Source: Lama glama (Eukaryota). From it: DNA of 64,000 nucleotides. Shown here in pieces: positions 52,031 through 64,000 of the stretch; the stretch's first letter is position 1; every line of letters begins with the position of its first letter. The translations under genes and the position numbers were made by a program. The stretch spans positions 24,926,001 to 24,990,000 of the forward strand of contig CM052818.1 in the NCBI GenBank assembly GCA_028534125.1, written 5' to 3'. A model generated the notes under the pieces. The model saw nothing but the letters and a program-made list of their open reading frames with translations, was not told the DNA's origin and made no database searches.

Positions 52031-53954
52031 ACTCTTTGCTCAGACAACACAAATCATATGAACACAAACTAGACAATAATACAAAGCAGTGCAACATCAA
52101 GGCGCACGGGAAATATCACTTGTGATACAGGCTATAAGAAATAGAGGAACTCAGATAATGGGGTAAATACCACTTACACATCTTGTATGTATATTTTTTT
52201 AAAAAGATAATCCTAGATTCTAGTGTGAAAAGTATTTTTAATTAGAATTCAATTAAACAACCAAAAACCAATGAGGTTTCATTGAGGAATAGGGAAAGTA
52301 CTGAGCTGAAAGTCCAGAGATTTAATATAACATTTTAAAACAAATACCTTGGTATTGCTAAGTTTAATATCCTCACTGGTAAACAGGGTGTAGTAATAAT
52401 ACAAGGCTCAGAGGATCTTCGCAAGCATTAAATGCAACGATGTTTGTGAAAACTGCCAGTGCTCTTCCGTCTCATCATCACGATTATTACGCCTGCTCCG
52501 GTCCTACTTAGCTATACGACCCTAACAACTAGAAAGTGGAAGTAGAGATGAGGAGCTTAGACTAGATTGTCCCTTTAAACTCTCACATGCTCTGGTAATA
52601 TAAACCATTGCTTTTCTTCAAAGTTACATAAATACATTTTGTAATAGATATGCAATTAAAATGTGTAAGACCACAGCATCCCCAAACCCAGTGGGTAGAG
52701 AGGAAGAGAAATTAAATTGATAAGAAGAGGGACAAAGCTGCCCATCTAAACCCATACACTGTGTGTAGCAAGCAGATCTGTCAGTCATAAGAAAATACTT
52801 GCGAAATTTAAAAGCAGTGGAGTGAAATTTCGAAAATAAATATCAATATGCAGGCAGGGCCCCCATCACACCCCATTAAAAGGACAATGATAACAGAATA
52901 ACACAGCAATGCGTCTTCTCCATTTCTTTAGTGAGCTCCTACTGATTCTACAAAGCTGGATACAAATGTCTGTCACCTCCCCTGTGAAGCCTTCCCCAAA
53001 TAGCTCCCAGAGCACTGTGTGTATCACAGGCTTACCATTCATTTGTACTTGGTTGTTTTATATATCTACCTACCCACTAGATTGCTAGGTCCTTAAGAAT
53101 TAAAACAGCATCTTATTCAACTTTATAGCCTAGCCAACCATGGGGTCTGGCACATAAAAGTTGCTCAATAATGCTGGTTTGAGAACTGAATTAATTAATT
53201 AAGTCAATGTTGAAAACTCCAAGTACATGATAGAAGCTGGCTCTTAAGTCAACAGAAAAGACTTCCAGCTTTAAATGGCATCTGACACGATCTCTCTAAA
53301 ATTTCCCTTAAAATATCCATGAATCAGAAGGGGCAGGGATAAAAGACTGACATTTTCATTAATCCCCATGTTGATGGAAATGTGCTAAAGAGTGCAATTG
53401 GTAAACCCTTGTGTTATGCTGTCTGAATAGAAAGACTGCCCACCTGAAAAAAGGTACAAAGACCATTAATTTCTCCCAAACTGTATGGCTCCCTGGAATA
53501 AGAATGCAAGATCTGACCCAACCAAGAAACTGAATAGCTGACCTTTATTGGCTAGCTGCTGCTTTCAGAGGCTGTTGGTATATTATTTCCCACTTTCCCC
53601 AATTTATAAACATCCAACCTATGAATTATAGGTAAAAGGAACCAAAGCAAGTGGAATGGAAATTATAATCAATGACATAATTGAAAAAAAAACCCCACAA
53701 ACTGGAAAAAGCCTCAATTATTCTGTTAGGAGCCCACAATGTTTCAGAGGGAAAAAAATATATACGTATAAAGAAAAAACTCTTTAAGCATTTAGACAGG
53801 AATAATAAATTGCATAATAAAGGTGGGGGGAGTCGGGCTGATCTCAAATTTCTCCTTTATATTATTAAGTGTTGGAAGGAAATTAAGCAGAGTGTACAGA
53901 ATTTTGAGGGGCAAAATTTATAATTCAAGCTTTTATACTCAGCTTTCACAACAC

Positions 53955-54510
53955 TTGTAGTTACAATTGAGAGGAAACCCAGTTCAAACTAGCTTATGGG
54001 GAAATAAATTAATATATTGGCTCACAAAACTTCCAAGGTAACTTTAGGTACAGGTAAACCTAGGGGCTCAAATTTACCACTGTTCCCCTGTCTCTTCCTC
54101 CCCACCATCAACCCCACCAACTCTTGCTTCATCCTGTCTCTGATTTTTTTTCTATATTGACCTCATCTTCTCCCACTGTAAGTACACTCCTTCCTTATCC
54201 CAGGAAACATAGCTCCCCCCCCAAGAAAATTCCATGCCCCACTGTTTTAGCTCATGATTCAAATGAAAGACAGACTCCCTGCATCTATGAGATTTTAAAT
54301 CTCATGAAAATGCTTTGGCTGCTTGTACTCAGATCATGTCTAATCACCGTGGATGAGAGGCTGGTCTGTTAATGGTCAGGCTTGGGTCACTCCCTGCTCC
54401 TGCAGCCAGGGGATAGATACACTGTAATTAACAGGCTCACAAGAACCTAATGAGATGGGAGGGAAGCAATTCCTTCACAGAAGAAAAGAGTAAGCAGACA
54501 ATAAGAGCAA
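53955..54510 (-). mobile_element. Old MaLR LTR (MLT1K/L-like)
   Basis: gttacaa..gaggaaacccagttcaaactagcttat..tattggctcaca..taggggctcaaat.. is typical of MLT1 antisense sequence. Confidence 0.5.
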
Positions 54511-54795
54511 ACCACATTTCCCCCATGCCTACTTAACACAAACTCATACAATTTCAAAAGTCCTCCACCTAATGTTTGTCCACTTAATGTATAACTAAAA
54601 ATCACACTTATTCCGAAGAGAGACAGTGCAGAATCACATCTGGTTACCAGCCCATGATTGTGTCCAGGATCTCTGGGTAATGTACACAGCTCTGACATCC
54701 AGACATGGCTTCTCTTGATTCAACAACCTGTAGTTTAAATGATCAATGTAATGGTCCCCTAAGCTTCCAACACAGTAGAGGAGGGGAAAATTGAT

Positions 54796-54834
54796 ACTCC
54801 ATCTAGAGACTCCATCTAGAAACTCCATCTAGAA
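54796..54834 (+). repeat. 13-bp tandem repeat x3
   Basis: actccatctagag actccatctagaa actccatctagaa. Confidence 0.9.
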
Positions 54835-55989
54835 AAGGTGGCATGACATCTGCCAAAGCATGTACCAGACCGACCCTACAGAATAACATGGCAAGAATTT
54901 ACGTTTTGACAGTGAAACTGATCTGACAACCCCACCCTTTGCCCTGTGCACTGATCGCCCAAGTTCATTATTCTCCAAGACTGTGCCTAAAATAAATGCA
55001 GGGGAAAATCCTTCTGGAGGTCCTGCCCCTTAGTATCCCTCTTACATTTGGCATTATTACAAGGACCATTATTATTAATCCTGGGGATTGCCTTAGAAAC
55101 CTAACAATCCCAAATTCTTTGGGGTTGTTACTTCTCTGGCAATTCAGTACTTTTAAAACCCTAGCCATCTACTGGTTGAGTCTAGTTCTGTAGGTGAAAA
55201 TCAGAAATCTCGTCTTGTCTTGTCCTTGATTATAGACCAGACTCTTTGGCATATCTGTCCCTTAACAGCCAGTCTTAGCCCTCAGCTAAATGAGTCCTAA
55301 ATGACTCAGGCTGAGGTGCTGAGGCAGAACTAATCAGGACTGTACCCAGGCTGAGACCACTGATTGGCTGTTTGCTAGGGAATGAATTGTTACCTTCACC
55401 ACCAGCCAGGGCTGAGCAGCATAATTTGGAAAGGGCTTAAAGGATCAGGCTTCTGGATTTCTCAGATTCCTCCTGAGTCCCAATCATATCCCCAGTGTTG
55501 TCTCCCACCTCTTAACTTCTGCCCACATTACCTCCAACTTAGAGCAGGGATTTTGGCTTTTGTAGTTCCATGAGGTGCATGATTATCTGACCCACAGTGG
55601 TCTTAGAGTACTGCCCACATCCTAATGGAGGAACGGCATCTCTTAACAAAGTTATACACTATTTCCTTCCTGCTTTCACAGGGACCAATTTACACTGAAG
55701 CTTTTTCTTTTCTTGAAAGAAATACAAGAAGCAAACAACATCCTGAAGTTTTGACAACTCCTCTAAAACTCCAGTCTCAGCAGGCACATGGTCTGGGTTC
55801 AAAGAAGGAAAAGGTGATCCTTTAAACATATGTTTCAGATCAGCATAACAAAGATTGTCGATTTTGCTGCCCTTGGTATGGGGGTCCTCTCCATCCTGTG
55901 CTACCCTTAGACTCAACCAAATCTTCACTTGTAGAGTTTGTTTCTAGCAATTGCCTATTCCTAATAGCAATTCTATATTTAATTTTTTA

Positions 55990-56873
55990 AAAATATTTTG
56001 ATGTATTTTATTTCTTTCTCGGGTTTTTTTTTTTAATCGAAGCATAATTGACTTACAATGTTGTGTTAGTTTCTGGTGTACAGCATAATGATTCAGTTAT
56101 ACATACATATTATATATATATTCTTTTTCATATTCTTTTTCATTATAGGTTATTACAAGATATTGAATGTAGTTCTCTGTGCTATACAGTAGAAACTTGT
56201 TGTTTATCTATTTTATGTATAATAGTTAATATCTGCTAATCTCAAACTCCTAATTTGTCTCTCACCCTCCCTTTCCCCTTTGATAACCATAGGTTTGTTT
56301 TCTATGTCAGTGAACTTCTTTCTTTTTTGTAAGTAAATTCATTTGTATCTTTTTTTTAGGTTCCACATATAAGTAATACCATATCTGTCTTTCTATTTCT
56401 GACTTACTTCACTTACTATGCTAATCTCTAGGTCTATCCACGTTGCTGCAAATGACATTATTTCATTCAGTATTATGGCTGAGTAATATTTCATTGTACA
56501 TATATATACACCACAACTTCTTTATCCAGTCATCTGTCAATGAAGATTTAGATTGCTTCCATGTCTTAGCTATTGTAAATAGTGCTGCTATGAACATTGG
56601 GGTGAATATATCTTTTTGAGTTAGAATTTCTCTGGATATATGCCCAGGAGTGGGATTGCTAGATCATATGGTAACTCTATTTTTAGTTTTTAAGGAATCT
56701 CCATACTGTTTTCCATAATGGCTGCACCAATTTACATTCCCACCAGCAGTGTAGGAGGGTCCCTTTTCTCCACAGCCTCTCCAGCATTGATCGTTTATGG
56801 ACTTTTTAATGATGGCCAGGCTGACTGGGTATGAGGTGATACTTCATTGTAGTTTTGATTTGCATTTCTCTGA
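55990..56873 (-). mobile_element. 5'-truncated L1 (same family as 24-734 and 38499-39565)
   Basis: Poly(T), then ttacaatgttgtgttagtttctggtgtacagc... through ...gttttgatttgcatttctctgat. Confidence 0.9.
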
Positions 56874-56884
56874 TATAGTTACTT

Positions 56885-57330
56885 TTTCCAGTTGTAAAGG
56901 AAAGAAAACCAACTCAAAGTATCTTAAGAAAAACAAAGGAAATTTCTAGACTTGTATGACTGGAAGGCCCAGGAGTAAGACTTCCAGCACAACTGATCAA
57001 AGATCTCAAACAATTCACCTTGACCGACTCTTACTTCCTCCTTCTCTCCCCTCCAGCGCTCATGCTTTCTCTCTCTCTCTTTCTCTTCATCTCAGAGATC
57101 TGCTTGTTTCTGTTTATTTGTTCATTTCATTTTGTTTCATCAGCCTTATTTCCTCTAGATAGATGAATTCTGTTTGCATGATGGGAGGATGGCCACTGGC
57201 AGCGCAACTCTGCATCCCTACAGCTTACAATCCATACAAGTAATTTAATTCAAGGGCTCTGATTGGCCATATTTGGATTACATGTCCACTGTTGCAAAAG
57301 TCATTATGGACAGAGTATCACAATGTACCT
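56885..57330 (-). mobile_element. Old MaLR LTR (MLT1-like)
   Basis: cagttgtaaagg..aaaaccaactcaaa..cttaag..; ctctgattggcc..tttggattacatgtcca. Confidence 0.5.
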
Positions 57331-57839
57331 ACTCTGAAGTAATAATTGCACCCAAACTACATGAGTTGAAGAAGTAAATACACCTTTCAAAAATAAACAG
57401 GACGCTGAGCAGAAGAGCATACAGTTGTTCCATCACTCCAACATCCTTGTCTTCTATGCCTGAGGGCACCCCCAATATGCATGGGATCAGAAAATATACC
57501 ACCCACTTATCTTTTCTGAAAAATGCACTTGAAGAAGAATTCCAGATAACCAAAAATAAGATACTAAGACAGGAGACATCCAGATACTAAAAAATATTGA
57601 TGCACTTCCTTTCCTCAGTTTGACAGTAGACTTGGGAACTAAGTTTTATTTGTGCTTTCAGGTAGATTTTGCCATCCTGGGGTGAGATTTGTCCCTCTTC
57701 TTTTTTTCAACCTAGCTTCTGCTTTGGCTTCTTTCCCAATTCCAAGAAATCTGATTCTCAAATCACATCCTTTATCAAACATTTCAGATAGCACCTTCTT
57801 ATTGGATTTGACCAGTTAAACAACATAGTTGGTACATAA

Positions 57840-58693
57840 CTACTAGGATGGATAAAATCCAAAATACTGACAACACCAAATGCTGAAGGATATGAAACAA
57901 CAAGAATTCACTGCTGATGAGAATGCAAAAATGTTACAGCCACTTTGGGAGAGAATTTGGCAGTTTCTTACAAAGTTAAACATAGTCTCACCATATGATC
58001 CAACAATCACTCTCCTAGGTATTTACCCAAATGAGTTGAAAACTTATGTCCTATAAAAACCTGCACATAAATGTTTATAACAGCTTTATTCGTAATTGAC
58101 AAAACTTGGAAGCACCCAAGATGTCCTTCTGTAGGTGAATGGATAAATAAATTGTGGTACATCCATATGATGAAATATTATACAGCAATAATAAGAAATG
58201 AGCTATGAAGCCATGGAAAGACAAGGAAGAAACTTAAGTGCCTATTGCTAAGTGAAAGAAGACACATCGGACTGTATGATTCCAACTATATGACATCCTG
58301 GAGAAGACAAATCTATAGAAACAGCCAAAAGATCAGTGGTTGCCAGCAGTTTAGGCTGGGGGGAAAGAGGACAAATAGGTGGAGCACAGGAATTTTTATG
58401 GCAGTGAAACTCTTCTGTATGCTATTGTAACTGTAGACATGTGACATTATCCATTTGTCAAGCCCATGGAACTACACAACACAAAGAGTGAGCCCTAACT
58501 TAAACTATAGACTTTAGTTAATAATACTATATCAGTATTGGTTCATCAATTATAACAAATATACCATATCAATGCAAGATAATAATAGGGGAAACAGACA
58601 GGTATATAGGAACTCTCTGTACTTTTTGCTCACTTTTTTAGCAAACCTAAAACCACTCTAAAAAATAAAGTCTACTAATTGAAAAAAAAAAAA
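57840..58693 (+). mobile_element. L1MC-like 3' fragment with poly(A)
   Basis: aaaatccaaaatactgacaacaccaaatgctg..atttacccaaatgagttgaaaacttatgtc..aaaaataaagtcta..A-tail. Confidence 0.85.
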
Positions 58694-58699
58694 CAGTTA

Positions 58700-59965
58700 G
58701 AAGAAGTATCTTTTGTTGCCAGAAAATAGGAAGTACTCAAAAACAAATTGTGGATATGTCAAAAGAACACAGGATCCAATCTAAAAGAGCTACCAGTAGT
58801 CAAAGCTAGATCAACTTTTATAACAAAATAATGATAGCATGGGGTTGTACATAACCCAGAGAATAAACAAATATCCACAAGTCCATAATGATATAAACAA
58901 ACAAACAAACAACTCTTCCTCACAGAATAATTTCAATTAAGAAAGATAGAAATGGGGGAGGGTATAGCTCAGTGGTAAAGTGTATGTTTAGCATACACGA
59001 GGTCATGGGTTCAATCCCCAGTACTTCCATTAAATAAATATATAAACCAAATAAAATTACCTGCCCCCCAAAAAACAAAAAAAACAAAGAAAAATAGAAA
59101 GAAAAAGGGAAATAGAAGATCACTATTAGAAGACTACCATAATAATTGCTGCAGGCAAGATCTACCGATGAATACTCACTCAAACTAGTGGATAAAAGCT
59201 TGAAGAGAAACAGGATATTTGCATAGTCTCAAAATATTATCCAAAAATTATTTATTAACTACAACAGGAAAAATAGTGACTGCATCATAAAGTAGGGCAG
59301 ACACCACCTTAACCAAGTGATCAAGATTAACATCACTTGCAATAAAGTATGCTGGCCTACCAGCCCAGAATGAATTCCACAACCCTGCCTTCCTGGAGCC
59401 GAAATGCTTCTAAACATAGAGCGCTCTACCATGTACTTCCGTGTTTCTCCAAGAGCATGCATGAAAGCTGCCTTTTTGGAGCATTAAAAAAGAAAAAAAA
59501 GGTATACTGGATCACATATCCACCTATGTGATACACTGAGAAGGGTACATAGCCCCTAACATATCCTTCCCAAAGCACATAATTGCAACCTAACTGTGAA
59601 AAAACATCAGACAAAGCCAAAGTGAGCAACATTCTATAAAATATGTGGTCAGACTCTTGAAAAGTATCAGTCATGGAAGACAAGGAAAGGCTAATGGACG
59701 GTCAGAACGGTTAGAGACTAAATTGCAATGAGATCCCTGGACCGGAGAAGGGACATTAATGGGGAGAATGATGAAATCTGAATAAAGTCTGCAGTTCAAT
59801 TAATAGTATTATATCAATGGCAATTTCTTATTTTGATCGTTGTCTCACGGTCTTGTAAGATGTCAGCATTAGGGGAAGTTGGGTGAAAGATATATGAACA
59901 TCTCTGGACTGTTTTTGGAAGTCTTCTGTAAGTCTAAGCTTATTTCAAAATAAAAAGTTAAAAAT
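58700..59965 (+). mobile_element. Older L1M (L1MC/MD-like) 3' UTR, interrupted by a SINE
   Basis: ggcagacaccaccttaaccaagtgatcaag..aacatcagacaaagccaaa..tctgaataaagtctg..ttctgtaagtctaa..atttcaaaataaaaagttaaaa. Confidence 0.75.
58954..59086 (+). mobile_element. Camelid tRNA-derived SINE (Vic-1-like), full length
   Basis: gggggagggtatagctcagtggtaaagtgtatgtttagcatacacgaggtcatgggttcaatccccagtac...aattacctgccccccaaaaa. TSD aagaaagatagaaa (58939-58952) / aagaaaaatagaaa (59087-59100). Confidence 0.9.
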
Positions 59966-60252
59966 AATAATTGGTGTTGTTCTGTGCTGACGTTTTTACC
60001 TATCTAAACTGTTCATGGGGCTGGGAAAATGACTGAAAATTTTTCCTCTCCCCAGTGACAGAGTCATATGAAATAATATAATAGTTTTCATTGATAAGAA
60101 ATCTGAAGAAGAATTTCTGTATTTTAAGTGAATCCTGAACAACCCTAATACTTTGTATGTCATCTTCCACCTCAATCTGTACTCCAGTGCCAAACATCAG
60201 TACAGAAAATGTGGCCCCTTAACTATGTTTTTAAAGTCTGATGTAATAGTGT

Positions 60253-60531
60253 TCTTATGGCTACCAGCGGGGAAAGAGGGTGGGAAGGGATAAATTGGGA
60301 GTTCGAGATTTGCAGATACACACTACTATATATAAAATAGATACACAGCAAGTTTCTTCTGTACAGGACAGGGAACTATATTCAATATCTTGTAGTAACC
60401 TATAATGAAGAAGAATGTGAAAAGGAATATATGTATGTATGTGTATGTATGTATATGTATGACTGAAACATTATGCTGTACACCAGAAATTGACACAATC
60501 TTATAAACTGACTTTACTTCAATTTAAAAAA
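60253..60531 (+). mobile_element. Short L1 3' end
   Basis: cttatggctaccagcggggaaagagggtgggaagggataaattgggagttcgagatttgcaga...A-tail. TSD aatagtgt (60245-60252 / 60532-60539). Confidence 0.88.
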
Positions 60532-61809
60532 AATAGTGTGTTGTTACAAGATATGGGAAGTGGTGTCTGGTTGCCTGGAGTCACTGTTCAGCCCTTGGCA
60601 GTCATGTGCTTTAGGGAAGAAACATCCTCTGAGCCTCAGTTGCTTCATCTGGAAAATAGGGATCACGGGGTACCTGCCTCACAGGTTGTCCTGAGGACTG
60701 TACGGGCTGTTAAATATAAAGCACCTAGAACAGCCCTGGCCCTTAGTTGGCACTAAATCTAAGTTGGCTGTTGTGACAGTTGCTATTACATAAACCACAT
60801 GGAGAATATTACTTTGTTTTGGAACTCCAGGTGACTTATATTTTTGCCTTTATATTTTCATATACTTTTCAAATTTGCTTTAGTACTTTTATTATAAAAA
60901 CAATGGGATCCTAGAAAGGATTCATATCATATGTTTGCAATTTTTGCAAAAAAAAAAAACTACACACATATTCCTACAACTTTCCTCTCTTACTGTCTCC
61001 TCCTCGCGTCAGTAAAGAACTTGGCCCTTCTTTCCACCTCAGTCTCACTCCACACTCTCACCACCTCACAGTCCAGCTCTCATTAATTTCCTTCCGTTAC
61101 TCAAAATGCCATTTTCTCTCTGCCAAGGCTTTCTCTTCTGTTTCTCTCTTGGAACACTTTTCCCCACCTTACTGCCCAGGTTAACACCTTTTCCTTCAGA
61201 TCTCAGAGTACTTGTTTGTTCATTCATTCATTCGATCCATCCCACAGGATCTCACTGAGCTTTACTGTATGCCAGGTCCCTGGAGAAAACAGTGAACAAG
61301 ACGGACCAGGTCCCTGTATCATCAAAGGGCTGGCAGAAAACAGATGGCGAGTTCACGTCAAGTAATTTGAGGAGACTTTACACAGGAGTGATTTAAGCAG
61401 ATGTCAGTGGGCAGGGTGTAGGGGAGTCACAAAGGATGGTTACAGTGGACACCATGGGGCTGAGGGGACAAAGGAAGGAAATAGTGGAGCCTGGAGAAAG
61501 AGCGTGTGGAGAGGCCGTCTGATAGGACCTGTGACTTCCAGTCAAGGACACAGCCATCCTGATTCCCCCGGCGGAGGGAGCCAACTCCCAGCTCACTACC
61601 ACCGCTGCTCCACAGGAGCCAGCTGTAAGGGACTATTGGCTGTGGTCCCTGTATGTCATCTGCTGGGTCAGCGGGCAAGGTGGAAAAGGCAGAACGTGGA
61701 TCTGGAGGGAAGTGGAAGAGGCATTCAGCACAAAGCTTGCTCTCACAGAGTGCATATTCTCGTGCAGGAAGACAAATAGCCTCATGAGAACAAATGTTCA
61801 GTGAGCCCT

Positions 61810-62020
61810 GATGATGTACCAGGCGTGTTCTAGGCACTTTACATGTTGTAACTCACTTACTTACTCCTCATAATAGTTATTGACTCAAATTAACAGATGA
61901 GGAAACCCAGGCACAGAGAGGTTAGAGACCTTGTGCAGAGGCAATAAGTGGGTGAGGTGGTCTCAAACCCAGGAAGTCTGGCTTCCTGGCCCAGGTTCTT
62001 ACCTGCTTTGCTAGACTGCC
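61810..62020 (-). mobile_element. MIR
   Basis: tgtaccaggcgtgttctaggcactttaca..taacagatgaggaaacccaggcacagagaggttag..aaacccagg..tctggct. Confidence 0.75.
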
Positions 62021-62039
62021 TTCCAAGCAAGCTATTTTT

Positions 62040-64000
62040 CAATCATGATATGAGTGTGCAGTGACCAAAATCAACTGGGAAAATGGGTCAGAGAGTGACA
62101 AGGTTGTGGGGAGCAAGTGGGGTGGTGTTGGAAGGAGTACCTCTTTATTTGCTAGATGCTCTTAGAAGATCTTTGAATAAAGAAATGATTTAAGCTGGGA
62201 CCTGAATGACCTGAGTCACCAGAATGAGCCAGTCCTACAAAGAGTGACTCTGGGCTGAGAGGAAGCAGACACAGAGGCCCTCTGGCAAGACTGACATCTA
62301 GGAAGACACCAAGTCCTCCTGGGGCTGGAGTCTAGTAAGCAGAAGAGAGCATGTTATGAAATTAAGCCAGAAAGATAGACAAGAGCCCTGGAATGAAAAC
62401 TGCTGGGGGTATTAAGTAGGGAAATGAAGTGATAAGATTTATATGCTTTTTAAAGATTGTTATAGATACTGGGTAAAGAAAAAATTGATTCCAGAGCAGG
62501 TTAGGGAGGGGACAAGACACAGGGAGACCAGTTAGGAAACTATTGTAGGTATTCAGACAAGAGCTGATGATGTCTTGAACGAGGTGAGCAATCGAGAATA
62601 AAAAAAGTGGGCCGATTGTGGATATATCATGGGGAAAACCTGATGTGAGCTGGTGATAGATTAGATAGAAGGGAGATAAAGAGAATTTCTTGAGAAAAAT
62701 CCTTGGAAAGTAACTGATGGGAATGCAAGGATAAAGAATCAACATGTTTCAGCCTTGTTCATTTTGAGGTCCCTATTAGACATCCCAGTGGGAATGTCAA
62801 GAAGACAGTTGGATCTACAGTATAGAGTTCAATAGCAAGTTCAGGGAAGAAGACAGAAATTTGAAGGTTATCATGTATACATAATAGTGTTACTTTATTT
62901 TAAAAATTAATTGTTCAGGTTAAACATCGCCGTTTTTCACACCATCCACAAAATATTATATTATGCATATGAAAAATAGTTGACATGAAAAGTNNNNNNN
63001 NNNNNNNNNNNNNNNNNNNNNNNNNNNNNNNNNNNNNNNNNNNNNNNNNNNNNNNNNNNNNNNNNNNNNNNNNNNNNNNNNNNNNNNNNNNNNNNNNNNN
63101 NNNNNNNNNNNNNNNNNNNNNNNNNNNNNNNNNNNNNNNNNNNNNNNNNNNNNNNNNNNNNNNNNNNNNNNNNNNNNNNNNNNNNNNNNNNNNNNNNNNN
63201 NNNNNNNNNNNNNNNNNNNNNNNNNNNNNNNNNNNNNNNNNNNNNNNNNNNNNNNNNNNNNNNNNNNNNNNNNNNNNNNNNNNNNNNNNNNNNNNNNNNN
63301 NNNNNNNNNNNNNNNNNNNNNNNNNNNNNNNNNNNNNNNNNNNNNNNNNNNNNNNNNNNNNNNNNNNNNNNNNNNNNNNNNNNNNNNNNNNNNNNNNNNN
63401 NNNNNNNNNNNNNNNNNNNNNNNNNNNNNNNNNNNNNNNNNNNNNNNNNNNNNNNNNNNNNNNNNNNNNNNNNNNNNNNNNNNNNNNNNNNNNTGTCAAG
63501 AAGACAGTTGGATCTACAGTATAGAGTTCAATAGCAAGTTCAGGGAAGAAGACAGAAATTTGAAGGTTATCATGTATACATAATAGTGTTACTTTATTTT
63601 AAAAATTAATTGTTCAGGTTAAACATCGCCGTTTTTCACACCATCCACAAAATATTATATTATGCATATGAAAAATAGTTGACATGAAAAGTCAAGAGGC
63701 TTTTCATGAGACTTTCTAGGGAGTGAGTATAACCAGAAAAGACAGCAGAAGTCTGTCACGGAGGAAGCAGCCACGGAGACTAAGAAGCAGCAGCTGGTAA
63801 GATGGGAGGAAAACCTGCAGAGGCTGATGTCACAGAAGCCAAGAGAAAACAATAGTATTTCTACCAAAAGGAAGACAATGGTGTAGAATGCTGCTTAGAG
63901 GCTGAGTAACAAGAGGACAAAGAAATGGTCAGTTTGGCAACATGGATTTTGTTGGTTGCCAGGCCAATAAGGGCAAATAGCAGCACATACTCCAGGTGGA
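62040..64000 (-). mobile_element. L2 remnant spanning the assembly gap
   Basis: cagggagaccagttaggaaactattg, ttgaggtccctattagacatccc, gggaggaaaacc..tgtcacagaagccaagagaa, aatgctgct..gag are L2 antisense signatures. Confidence 0.65.
62994..63493. other. Assembly gap (500 N)
   Basis: Run of exactly 500 N. Confidence 0.99.

Noticed and set aside
55291..55370. AP-1 site (TGACTCA, 55302-55308) with a small inverted repeat and a nearby CCAAT
   Set aside because: Single short motifs are expected by chance in 64 kb, and there is no further support.
62915..63524. ORFs of 194 and 179 aa
   Set aside because: They consist almost entirely of the N gap.

Overview
This is mammalian genomic DNA, most likely camelid, inferred from three tRNA-derived Vic-1-type SINE heads (GGGGAGGGTATAGCTCAGTGG...) and cetartiodactyl-type L1 3' ends. 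The only supportable protein-coding feature is the first coding exon of TMEM178A (minus strand, ATG at 17259, GT donor after 16860, 400 nt) in a CpG island. Bases 1-16859 are its intron 1, and bases ~17600-64000 are repeat-rich upstream/intergenic DNA (L1, L2, MIR, MaLR and ERV1 solo LTRs, hAT MITEs) with a 500-N gap near the right end. I found no convincing novel multi-gene system. The most notable observations are: (1) a heavily decayed Tx1-like (non-mammalian-L1-type) ORF2/reverse-transcriptase fossil at ~51.0-52.0 kb, interrupted by a MIR; (2) an internal L1 fragment with no poly(A) between 20-bp direct repeats; (3) a 49-bp locally templated insertion inside an LTR; (4) a perfect ChoRE-type CACGTG-N5-CACGTG in intron 1; (5) a 199-bp exact duplication across the gap, indicating an assembly artefact. 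Repeat family names come from memory of consensus sequences and were not checked by database search.
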